Positions 1-11,164 of a stretch of 64,000 bases of DNA are shown here, in pieces. Source of the DNA: Antedon mediterranea (lineage: Eukaryota; Animalia; Echinodermata); NCBI RefSeq assembly GCF_964355755.1, contig NC_092672.1:17187237-17251236 (forward strand), in the 5' to 3' direction. Position numbers and translations under genes: made by a program. The notes under the pieces are model-generated. The model was not told the origin of the DNA. It made no database searches and saw only the letters and a program-made list of their open reading frames with translations. Numbering within the stretch: position 1 is the stretch's first letter; each line of letters begins with the position of its first letter.

Positions 1-1479
1 GAGAGAGAGAGAGACATGGATACGGTTTGCTTAGACACCCATGGATATTGAATGTTGAGTCCAGTCAAAAAATCACCCTCACCATGGTATAAGAACGTAC
101 CCTAATAAAATTTCATCCGTAGGTTCTATGTATATAGGTAATAACATTTCTTGATGTTGCGTCTTGCAAAACTTGGGATTTTACGAGAAAATTAGACTTT
201 TTATACCCAATTTATAACCGTCTCATGTCGTATTATTGTGTACAGCGAATGCGACGAAGCGTGACTGAAATTACGAGACGCCGTTAGCGCCCGTTGAAAA
301 ATGCATTAACAAAGCTAAAAACCTACAAAATTAATAGTTTATACAAAAATTTAAATATAGTTTACAATAAATTGTATAATAAAATACATAAAATTATAAA
401 GAAAACCCAATTATAAACTAAAATATTTACAGATATGTGTTTAAAAATGTACAAATCAAAATGGCCTTTCATAGAATAAAGTGCGCCCTCACGCGTCATA
501 CTTTTATCGGACTTGTATGAATGATTATAATATACAAGGCATTAATATACGAAACCCGATGCGGTTTGTTAGTTTATTGCCTCTGCAAGAGGCAGAATTT
601 TATTATTATATTTTCACAAATGTATTTCTAGTTTTTATCATGGAAAAAAAAAAGGATTGTATATATTTAAACACATTACAACCTCCAGTCTACCATCATG
701 ATGGATTAAGTGAAGCGCCGTATTGTATCTGCTAAAGCGTAATGATCTCCTAGTTGTTTGGTTAGCCTATATTCTGGACATTCTTTTTTTAACAGCATTA
801 CTTGCGCGGATATCACAATGCATTGTTTATTCGCGATTATAGTCAATGTTAAGTTGAGTAAGCCGCGCAATCAGTAACATGCATAACATGCCGTGCATTC
901 ATCGCGCGTTGTATAATTATTATACATGGTTTCTTAAATCCAAACACACTCTTATTCTAGAATGTTCATGTAGATACATACACCGTCTCTTTACCGATCG
1001 AGTTGATACGGTCGTGCAATCAATAAGAGGCATAACATGCCGTGCATTCGTCGCCTGTTGTATATATACAATAATGTTTATAACTTTCCAGATCATACTT
1101 CTTATTCTATTCGATTACAGTTTCTAATGATAGCATACTTTAGGAAACAGCGCGAGTCAATGTTTTCAAGCATTCAGTTCACCCAAACGGAGAGAGAACA
1201 CTACCCGTTCCCTCTTCTTCCTTGTATACGATATGTTCGTAACCTTCTAGATGATACTTCTTACTCTATTGGTATTACAGTTTCTAATCATACTTTTGGA
1301 ATGTTTCTGATTGTTCTTATAATAATTATTATACACGGTTTCTTAAAATCTAAACACATTCTAGAATGTCCATGTACATGTTACTGTATAATGTTGGAAA
1401 ATTTTATGATGACGGTTAAACATATTCAATACCGAGTGGCAGAGGCACGCATTATAGGCGAGATATATTATCTAACTTG

Positions 1480-2410
1480 CCGTTTAAGACAATTGCATTG
1501 GTTCGATGTATGAAATGACCCTTTAACAGTTGTATGACAAAACCATTCTTCAATACTCCCGCACCAATGGACAATGCATGTCTCTTATTGTAAACGCTTT
1601 CAACTTGGTCATCTGTCATCATTGTTTAGAACAAAAAAGAGACAGAAAACTGGTACCCGTTTGCATTCATTGGATGTATGAAATGACCCTTTTAACAGTT
1701 TTATGAGAAAATTATTCTTCAATACACGCGCACCAAAGAGGACAGTGCGTGGCTGTTATTGTAAACGCATTCAACTTGGTCATCTGTCATCGATAATTCT
1801 TTAGAACAAAAAAGAGACAGAAAACTGGTACCCGTTTGCATTTGGTCGATATATGAAATGACCCTTTAACCGTTTTATGAGAAAATTATTCTTCAATACA
1901 CCCAGCACAAAGGAGGACAGTGTCATGGTCATTGGTCATCATCAATCATTCGTTCGATAATTCTTTAGAACAAAAATAATAGATACTTTTGGAATGTTTT
2001 TATAATAATTATTATACACGGTTTCTTAAAATCTAAACACATTCTAGAATGTTCATTTAGATGTTACAGTATATAAAATTAGGAAATAGTAATTCATTAC
2101 CTCTACCGCTCTCAATCACATGATAATCTTTTAACGAAGGAGGGTGAGTTGAAATTGGTTTAGAACTTGATACCAAGGTTCATTATACGATGGCAAACGA
2201 TGCCAAAACATTTTCAATACCGATACAGTTGCCAAAGGTGCGCATTATAGGAGGCGCGTTATAATATCTAACTTGCCGTTTAAGACAATTGCATTCATTC
2301 GATGTATGAAATGATCTTTAACAGTTTTATGACAAAACTATTCTTCAATACCCACGCACCAAGGACAGTGCATGTATTTTATTGTAAACGCATTAAACTT
2401 GGTCATTTCT
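1480..2410 (+). repeat. Local imperfect ~170-bp repeats within the macro-unit
   Basis: GATGTATGAAATGA(C)C(C)TTTAACAGTT...TTCTTCAATAC...TATTGTAAACGC recurs near 1505, 1674, 1848 and 2301, and again in units 2 and 3. Confidence 0.8.
2114..2200 (-). pseudogene. Degenerate partial duplicate of the 3' part of IFITM-like exon 2 (also at 9381-9467)
   Basis: AATCACATGAT...TAACGAAGGAGGGTGAGT...ACTTGA...CAAGGT...GCAAACGA aligns with 2529-2610, with indels. Confidence 0.7.
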
Positions 2411-2530
2411 TATTTATATGCACATATTATTTATTTTTGAAAAAAAAAAAAAACATAATCATTCAACAACAACAACGCTGTTATATATGTATTATCAAAT
2501 ACAAATGTTTTCAACTGCCTCTCGCTTGAA

Positions 2531-2934
2531 TCACATGATGTCTTGTAACGAAGGAGGGTGAGTGGAATGATTAGGTAGACTTGAGTTCAAGGTCCATATG
2601 ATGCAAACGACGACGATGATGATGATTCCAAACAGCAATCCTGCAATAGACCATCTCTTTGCCGATCGTGCTGATCTGGCTGCACCCTCACCGTCACCGT
2701 AGTCGAACTTTCTCGAACTCTGTAAAAGTAAAAGAATAGAAACTAAAATAGATTAAAAAAAATTTAAAAAAAAGTGTTGATGGGATGAGGTTGTAGAGGA
2801 AATAGATTACTTACATCTACGCTGTACACGATTCCTATAATACCGAATGGAATACAGCATAATAAAGTCACGAGTATAGCTGAAATCAGGTAATTGTTAG
2901 GTCTTCTCGCCACTATACGGGAAACAGATTGCAT
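2531..2934 (-). CDS. IFITM/dispanin (CD225-domain) membrane protein, 102 aa; exon 1 2934-2815, 95-nt intron 2814-2720, exon 2 2719-2531
   Basis: Exon 1 reads MQSVSRIVARRPNNYLISAILVTLLCCIPFGIIGIVYSVD and is followed by a GTAAGT donor. The acceptor is TTCTTTTACTTTTACAG. Exon 2 reads SSRKFDYGDGEGAARSARSAKRWSIAGLLFGIIIIVVVCIIWTLNSSLPNHSTHPPSLQDIM*. CD225 hallmarks present: P-x-x-YL, CC pair, GDxxGA, AK, C-terminal TM helix. Minus-strand AATAAA at 2435-2430. Confidence 0.92.
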
Positions 2935-3159
2935 GACAAAAGCATTCTCTTTCTCTCCAATGTACACGTACACAAATACACTCTAATCGATACTCTTATT
3001 GCATTACGAAAAACAGCAGCGTGAACAAAAAAAAAAACAAAAAAACAACGCATCATCTTCAAATGGTAGTCAACACCGCTTATTCAAGCTGGACGTTGAT
3101 TGGCTGTTTGGGTCTTTATATACGTTAACTCGCTCACCGTGCATTCGTCAGTAGTCATC
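2935..3159. promoter_or_regulatory. Putative compact bidirectional promoter (225 bp between divergent ATGs)
   Basis: ATTGG (reverse CCAAT) at 3099-3103, TATATA at 3117-3122 and an initiator-like TCAGT at 3148-3152, upstream of the ATG at 3160. Confidence 0.5.
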
Positions 3160-4734
3160 ATGGATCATTGCGATATGGACATGTTTTTAGAAAACCTATT
3201 AGCGTTCGATTCAACAGACGACGACATATTAAAGACGGCAATGTTGGAATTGCAAGACCCGGTCGAACCAGTTTTCATGGAGTACCAACAAGAAGATGAT
3301 ATAGCATCAGAACAACAACCACACCCATCACCACCACCACCGACGCCGCAAGAATCAACAAAGGCAAACACGATGATAAATGTTCGAGGCAGTCTCGGTA
3401 AACTAATTGCTTTCTGCGATGGATCTGAACATACACTAACGCAATCATACGGTCGAATGATCGGATCTTTGCAAAAGGCAAAAGGACACATGCACGAGAT
3501 GCCAATGTTATTGATGTGTACGGACGGTGAAGAAGAGTACGCGGTTGTTGCAAGTGTTCTGGAATCATCGCGACTTGTCGAATCTACAATTGAAAATCAA
3601 GTCATGAGTGTACTTGGAGAAGACAATAGGAAAACAATAATGCAGCAATACGGTAGGGACAACGTGTTTATGAACGTTTCTTCACGAAATAAAAACTGTG
3701 TTGCTGACTTTGTCGGCGCCGATGTATCGACGATGCCCGTGCCGATTTTTGACATAATAAATGGCGACGTGAAACGTATTTGTTTCTATATGGCACTCGG
3801 CTGTCTCTACAGTCCACAATGCGATGATGATGTTGCGTCGTCGTCGTCGTCGTCGTCGCCGCCGATGAATGGCGTTCGACTTAGAACTCCAAATGGAGTT
3901 GTCTATACGGCCGCCATCATGCCGATAACTGTAAAACGACGCATGCGACTAGAGTTGACTCTGGATAACGAATTGGACAACGGTAAACTGGAAGAGTTGC
4001 AAATTACGGTGACCAACAACAACCGTATATTGTTATTGCATAAACAAGAAAAAAGAACCTATCACTGCGGTGCGGACATGAAGTATCCCATAACTTTGCA
4101 CGGTGCCTTTTCCACACCGTGCGCATCGGAGAAAAAGAATGGTGTTGCCACCGCCATTGCGAATATTGCCAAAACCAATTCAATCAACAAAACACTATTT
4201 GCTAGATTTGTTGGACGAGCGATGGAATCACATGCAAGCAGTGATTGGACTGCCATAATAAACATTCTTCAGATATCAGATCAAATGACGAAATTACAAG
4301 AAAAATGTGAGTACAAACGAAAACGAATCTTAAAAGATTCTCTAATAGACAAGTATCCTTCAACAAGAGGTTTTGTTAGTGATGTAAATAATTTACCCTC
4401 ATCTAACATTGGCATTCAACAACTGATAAGCCAATTGGAGCAGGCACGCCAAGATTTACGCGAAACAGAGACCAAATTGAGTACTTTACAAACACAATTC
4501 AATAACATGTTGATAGAATTCCAAAATCACATCACCAAATCGGAAGAAAGAGAAATCAAATATCAACAAGTAATAGAAAATATGCAAAAACGAGAAACCG
4601 ATATGGTTTCTACGTTTCAAGACAGTTTGCTTTCGATGGCCGATACTTTGCGTGATGAGATGCGCCAACAACTGACAAAACGAAAGCGTCTTCCTCAATG
4701 CGGCAATATTAAGAAAAAACAACGAATCCATTGA
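3160..4734 (+). CDS. Intronless orphan protein, 524 aa from the first ATG; acidic N-terminus, Pro stretch, beta-rich-looking core, C-terminal coiled coil, basic NLS-like motifs
   Basis: 1575-nt open frame in AT-rich DNA. The ORF-track start at 3100 is TTG and lies upstream of the TATA; ATCATGG gives a good start context. Basic motifs YKRKR and KRKR...KKKQR. AATAAA at 5003-5008. Confidence 0.8.
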   Translation: MDHCDMDMFLENLLAFDSTDDDILKTAMLELQDPVEPVFMEYQQEDDIASEQQPHPSPPPPTPQESTKANTMINVRGSLGKLIAFCDGSEHTLTQSYGRMIGSLQKAKGHMHEMPMLLMCTDGEEEYAVVASVLESSRLVESTIENQVMSVLGEDNRKTIMQQYGRDNVFMNVSSRNKNCVADFVGADVSTMPVPIFDIINGDVKRICFYMALGCLYSPQCDDDVASSSSSSSPPMNGVRLRTPNGVVYTAAIMPITVKRRMRLELTLDNELDNGKLEELQITVTNNNRILLLHKQEKRTYHCGADMKYPITLHGAFSTPCASEKKNGVATAIANIAKTNSINKTLFARFVGRAMESHASSDWTAIINILQISDQMTKLQEKCEYKRKRILKDSLIDKYPSTRGFVSDVNNLPSSNIGIQQLISQLEQARQDLRETETKLSTLQTQFNNMLIEFQNHITKSEEREIKYQQVIENMQKRETDMVSTFQDSLLSMADTLRDEMRQQLTKRKRLPQCGNIKKKQRIH

Positions 4735-7700
4735 CTTTAAAAAAAAACAAACATTGTTGTTGTTTTTGTAGTAATTTTGTTGTTGTTAGTAATTTTTTAT
4801 TGTACAAATCAATGCCGTAATTGTAGTAGTAGTAATAGTAGTAGTGATAATAATAATAATTAAACGTTTCATTATTTCTATTTATAATTTATTGTACAAA
4901 TCAATGCAATTTTAACGTTGCGTCTACCTCAATATAATAGTAACAACGAATTCATTAAGAAAACTAAAAATTGTAGTGTAGTAATAATCAATTCAATGCC
5001 GCAATAAACATTGTAGTAATAGTAGTGATAATACAATTAAACGTTTGAAAGAAAAAAAAAATATTGTGTTTTTTCTCTCTTCCAACGCGATGACGACGAC
5101 GACGACAGAATTTTATGTGATTGTGAGAATGTTGATGAAGAAATAAAGAGAGAGAGAGAGAGACATGGATACGGTTTGCTTAGACACCCATGGATATTGA
5201 CACCGTCAGTCCAGTCAAAAAATCACCCTCACCATGGTATAAGAACGTACCCTAATAAAATTTCATCCGTAGGTTCTATGTATATAGGTAATAACATTTC
5301 TTGATGGTTGCGTCTTGCAAAACTTGGGATTTTACGAGAAAATTAGACTTTTTATACCCAATTTATAACCGCCTCATGTCGTATTATTGTGTACAGCAAA
5401 TGCGACGAAGCGTGACTGAAATTACGAGACGCCGTTAGCGCCCGTTGAAAAATGCATTAACAAAGCTAAAAACGTACAAAATTAATAGTTTATACAAAAA
5501 TTTAAATATAGTTTACAATAAATTGTATAATAAAATACATAACATTATAAACAAAACCCAATTATAAACTAAAATATTTACAGATATGTGTTTAAAAATG
5601 TACAAATCAAAATGGCCTTTCATAGAATAAAGTGCGCCCTCACGCGTCATACTTTTATCGGACTTGTATGAATGATTATAATATACGAAACCCGATGCGG
5701 TTTGTTAGTTATTGCCTCTGCAAGAGGCAGAATATTATTATTATATTTTCACAAATATATTTCTAGTTTTTATTATGGAAAAAAAAAAGGATTGTATATA
5801 TTTAAACACATTAAAACCTCCAGTCTACCATCATGATGGATTAAGTGAAGCGCCGTATTGTATCTGCTAAACGGTAATGATCTCCTAGTTATCTGGTTAG
5901 CCTATATTCTTGACATTCTTTTTCTAACAGCATTACTTGCGCGGATATCACAATGCATTGTTTATTCGCGATTATAGTCAATGTTAAGTTGAGTAAGCCG
6001 CGCAATCAGTAACATGCATAACATGCCGTGCATTCATCGCGCGTTGTATAATTATTATACATGGTTTCTTAAATCCAAACACACTCTTATTCTAGAATGT
6101 TCATGTAGATACATACACCGTCTCTTTACCGATCGAGTTGATACGGTCGTGCAATCAGTAAGAGGCATAACATGCCGTGCATTCATCGCGTGTTGTATAC
6201 CGAGAGAACCAATTTAAAATATTGTTTACTTCGAGAAGAAGCAATACACCGTCTCTTTTTACCGATCGAGTTGATACGGTCGCGCAATCAGTAACAGGCA
6301 TAACATGCCGTGCATTCATCGCGTGTTGTATATATACAATAATGTTTATAACTTTCCAGATCATACTTCTTATTCTATTCGATTACAGTTTCTAATGATA
6401 GCATACTTCAGGAAACAGCGCGAGTCAATGTTTTCAAGCATTCAGTTCACCCAAACGGAGAGAGAACACTACCCGTTCCCTCTTCTTGTATACGATATGT
6501 TCGTAACCTTCTAGATGATACTTCTTACTCTATTGGTATTACAGTTTCTAATCATACTTTTGGAATGTTTCTGATTGTTCTTATAATAATTATTATACAC
6601 GGTTTCTTAAAATCTAAACACATTCTAGAATGTCCATGTACATGTTACTGTATAATGTTGGAAAATTTTATGATGACGGTTAAACATATTCAATACCGAG
6701 TGGCAGAGGCACGCATTATAGGCGAGATATAATATTATCTAACTTGCCGTTTAAGACAATTGCATTGGTTCGATGTATGAAATGACCCTTTAACAGTTGT
6801 ATGACAAAACCATTCTTCAATACTCCCGCACCAATGGACAATGCATGTCTCTTATTGTAAACGCTTTCAACTTGGTCATCTGTCATCATTGTTTAGAACA
6901 AAAAAGAGACAGAAAACTGGTACCCGTTTGCATTCATTGGATGTATGAAATGACCCTTTTAACAGTTTTATGAGAAAATTATTCTTCAATACACGCGCAC
7001 CAAAGAGGACAGTGCGTGTCTGTTATTGTAAACGCATTCGACTTGGTCATCTGTCATCGATAATTCTTTAGAACAAAAAAGAGACAGAAAACTGGTACCC
7101 GTTTGCATTCGTTTAATCAATTCAATGCCGCAATTTGTAGTAATAGTAGTGATAATACAATTAAACGTTTGAAAGAAAAAAAAAATATTGTGTTTTTTCT
7201 CTCTTCCAACGCGATGACGACGACGACAGAATGTTATGTGATTGTGAGAATGTTGATAAAGAGAGAGAGAGAGAGAGAGAGACATGGATACGGTTTGCTT
7301 AGACACCCATGGATATTGAATGTTGAGTCCAGTCAAAAAATCACCCTCACCATGGTATAAGAACGTACCCTAATAAAATTTCATCCGTAGGTTCTATGTA
7401 TATAGGTAATAACATTTCTTGATGTTGCGTCTTGCAAAACTTGGGATTTTACGAGAAAATTAGACTTTTTATACCCAATTTATAACCGTCTCATGTCGTA
7501 TTATTGTGTACAGCGAATGCGACGAAGCGTGACTGAAATTACGAGACGCCGTTAGCGCCCGTTGAAAAATGCATTAACAAAGCTAAAAACCTACAAAATT
7601 AATAGTTTATACAAAAATTTAAATATAGTTTACAATAAATTGTATAATAAAATACATAAAATTATAAAGAAAACCCAATTATAAACTAAAATATTTACAG

Positions 7701-9797
7701 ATATGTGTTTAAAAATGTACAAATCAAAATGGCCTTTCATAGAATAAAGTGCGCCCTCACGCGTCATACTTTTATCGGACTTGTATGAATGATTATAATA
7801 TACAAGGCATTAATATACGAAACCCGATGCGGTTTGTTAGTTTATTGCCTCTGCAAGAGGCAGAATTTTATTATTATATTTTCACAAATGTATTTCTAGT
7901 TTTTATCATGGAAAAAAAAAAGGATTGTATATATTTAAACACATTACAACCTCCAGTCTACCATCATGATGGATTAAGTGAAGCGCCGTATTGTATCTGC
8001 TAAAGCGTAATGATCTCCTAGTTGTCTGGTTAGCCTATATTCTGGACATTCTTTTTTTAACAGCATTACTTGCGCGGATATCACAATGCATTGTTTATTC
8101 GCGATTATAGTCAATGTTAAGTTGAGTAAGCCGCGCAATCAGTAACATGCATAACATGCCGTGCATTCATCGCGCGTTGTATAATTATTATACATGGTTT
8201 CTTAAATCCAAACACACTCTTATTCTAGAATGTTCATGTAGATACATACACCGTCTCTTTACCGATCGAGTTGATACGGTCGTGCAATCAATAAGAGGCA
8301 TAACATGCCGTGCATTCGTCGCCTGTTGTATATATACAATAATGTTTATAACTTTCCAGATCATACTTCTTATTCTATTCGATTACAGTTTCTAATGATA
8401 GCATACTTTAGGAAACAGCGCGAGTCAATGTTTTCAAGCATTCAGTTCACCCAAACGGAGAGAGAACACTACCCGTTCCCTCTTCTTCCTTGTATACGAT
8501 ATGTTCGTAACCTTCTAGATGATACTTCTTACTCTATTGGTATTACAGTTTCTAATCATACTTTTGGAATGTTTCTGATTGTTCTTATAATAATTATTAT
8601 ACACGGTTTCTTAAAATCTAAACACATTCTAGAATGTCCATGTACATGTTACTGTATAATGTTGGAAAATTTTATGATGACGGTTAAACATATTCAATAC
8701 CGAGTGGCAGAGGCACGCATTATAGGCGAGATATATTATCTAACTTGCCGTTTAAGACAATTGCATTGGTTCGATGTATGAAATGACCCTTTAACAGTTG
8801 TATGACAAAACCATTCTTCAATACTCCCGCACCAATGGACAATGCATGTCTCTTATTGTAAACGCTTTCAACTTGGTCATCTGTCATCATTGTTTAGAAC
8901 AAAAAAGAGACAGAAAACTGGTACCCGTTTGCATTCATTGGATGTATGAAATGACCCTTTTAACAGTTTTATGAGAAAATTATTCTTCAATACACGCGCA
9001 CCAAAGAGGACAGTGCGTGGCTGTTATTGTAAACGCATTCAACTTGGTCATCTGTCATCGATAATTCTTTAGAACAAAAAAGAGACAGAAAACTGGTACC
9101 CGTTTGCATTTGGTCGATATATGAAATGACCCTTTAACCGTTTTATGAGAAAATTATTCTTCAATACACCCAGCACAAAGGAGGACAGTGTCATGGTCAT
9201 TGGTCATCATCAATCATTCGTTCGATAATTCTTTAGAACAAAAATAATAGATACTTTTGGAATGTTTTTATAATAATTATTATACACGGTTTCTTAAATC
9301 TAAACACATTCTAGAATGTTCATTTAGATGTTACAGTATATAAAATTAGGAAATAGTAATTCATTACCTCTACCGCTCTCAATCACATGATAATCTTTTA
9401 ACGAAGGAGGGTGAGTTGAAATTGGTTTAGAACTTGATACCAAGGTTCATTATACGATGGCAAACGATGCCAAAACATTTTCAATACCGATACAGTTGCC
9501 AAAGGTGCGCATTATAGGAGGCGCGTTATAATATCTAACTTGCCGTTTAAGACAATTGCATTCATTCGATGTATGAAATGATCTTTAACAGTTTTATGAC
9601 AAAACTATTCTTCAATACCCACGCACCAAGGACAGTGCATGTATTTTATTGTAAACGCATTAAACTTGGTCATTTCTTATTTATATGCACATATTATTTA
9701 TTTTTGAAAAAAAAAAAAAACATAATCATTCAACAACAACAACGCTGTTATATATGTATTATCAAATACAAATGTTTTCAACTGCCTCTCGCTTGAA

Positions 9798-10201
9798 TCA
9801 CATGATATCTTGTAACGAAGGAGGGTGAGTGGAATGATTAGGTAGACTTGAGTTCAAGGTCCATATGATGCAAACGACGACGATGATGATGATTCCAAAC
9901 AGCAATCCTGCAATAGACCATCTCTTTGCCGATCGTGCTGATCTGGCTGCACCCTCACCGTCACCGTAGTCGAACTTTCTCGAACTCTGTAAAAGTAAAA
10001 GAATAGAAACTAAAATAGATTAAAAAAAATTTAAAAAAAAGTGGTGATGGGATGAGGTTGTAGAGGAAATAGATTACTTACATCTACGCTGTACACGATT
10101 CCTATAATACCGAATGGAATACAGCATAATAAAGTCACGAGTATAGCTGAAATCAGGTAATTGTTAGGTCTTCTCGCCACTATACGGGAAACAGATTGCA
10201 T
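9798..10201 (-). CDS. IFITM/dispanin (CD225) gene, second intact copy; exon 1 10201-10082, exon 2 9986-9798
   Basis: Same exons and splice sites as copy 1 at +7267. The only coding difference seen is a synonymous GAC>GAT. Confidence 0.9.
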
Positions 10202-10425
10202 GACAAAAGCATTCTCTTTCTCTCCAATGTACACGTACACAAATACACTCTAATCGATACTCTTATTGCATTACGAAAAACAGCAGCGTGAACAAAAAAA
10301 AAACAAAAAAACAACGAATCATCTTCAAATGGTAGTCAACACCGCTTATTCAAGCTGGACGTTGATTGGCTGTTTGGGTCTATATATACGTTAACTCGCT
10401 CACCGTGCATTCGTCAGTAGTCATC

Positions 10426-10772
10426 ATGGATCATTGCGATATGGACATGTTTTTAGAAAACCTATTAGCGTTCAATTCAACAGACGACGACATATTAAAG
10501 AGGGCAATGTTGGAATTGAAAACTGGTTCGACCGGGTCGAACCAGTTTTCATGGAGTACCAACAAGAAGATGATATAGCATAAGAACAACAACCACACCC
10601 ATCACCACCACCACCACCGACGCCGCAAGAATCAACAAAGGCAAACACGATGATAAATGTTCGAGGCAGTCTCGGTAAACTAATTGCTTTCTGCGATGGA
10701 TCTGAACATACACTAACGCAATCATACGGTCGCCATCATGCCGATAACTGTAAAACGACGCATGCGACTAGA
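10426..10772 (+). pseudogene. Disrupted second copy of the 524-aa ORF
   Basis: Frameshifting inverted duplication at 10517-10551, a TCA>TAA change, a ~458-bp internal deletion at ~10732, and truncation by satellite at 10772. Confidence 0.9.
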
Positions 10773-11164
10773 TCTATCTCTCTCTCGCTGATCTATCTCT
10801 CTCTCGCTGATCTATCTCTCTGTAGCTGATCTATCTCTCTCTCTCGCTGATCTATCTCTCTCTCGCTGATCTATCTCTCGCTCGCTGATGATCTATCTAT
10901 CTCTCTCTCGCTGATCTATCTCTCTCGCTGATCTATCTATCTCTCTGTCGCTGGTCTATCTCTCTCTCGCTGATCTATCTCTCTCGCTGATCTATCTCTC
11001 TCTCGCTGATCTATGTATCTCTCTCTCGCTGATCTATCTATCTCTCTCTCGCTGATATATCTCTCTCTCTCGCGGATCTATCTCTCTCTCACTGATCTAT
11101 CTCTCTCTTGCTGATCTATCTCTCTCTCGCTGATCTATCTATCTCCCTGTCGCTGATCTATCTC
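10771..11164 (-). repeat. 19-bp GA-rich satellite, inverted orientation
   Basis: (CTCTCTCTCGCTGATCTAT)n is the reverse complement of the array starting at 13218. Confidence 0.95.

Larger units (their letters stand above)
1..10772. repeat. Tandem macro-repeat: full unit 15-5163 (5149 bp), deleted unit 5164-7282 (2119 bp), truncated unit 7283-10772
   Basis: (GA)n-CATGGATACGGTTTGCTTAGACACCC recurs at 15, 5164 and 7283. Identical ORFs are offset by 7268/7267 bp (481/7749, 1037/8305, 2302/9569). The window starts inside the array. Confidence 0.95.

Noticed and set aside
481-2529. Short plus-strand ORFs (84, 82, 158 and 75 aa) and their copies at 6014-9796
   Set aside because: No recognisable motifs, low-complexity AT-rich composition, and frames broken between units. 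They recur only because the DNA is duplicated.
2764-2973. 69-aa ORF as listed in the track (also 10031-10240)
   Set aside because: It starts at GTG and reads through a splice donor. The supported product is the spliced 102-aa protein from the ATG at 2934.
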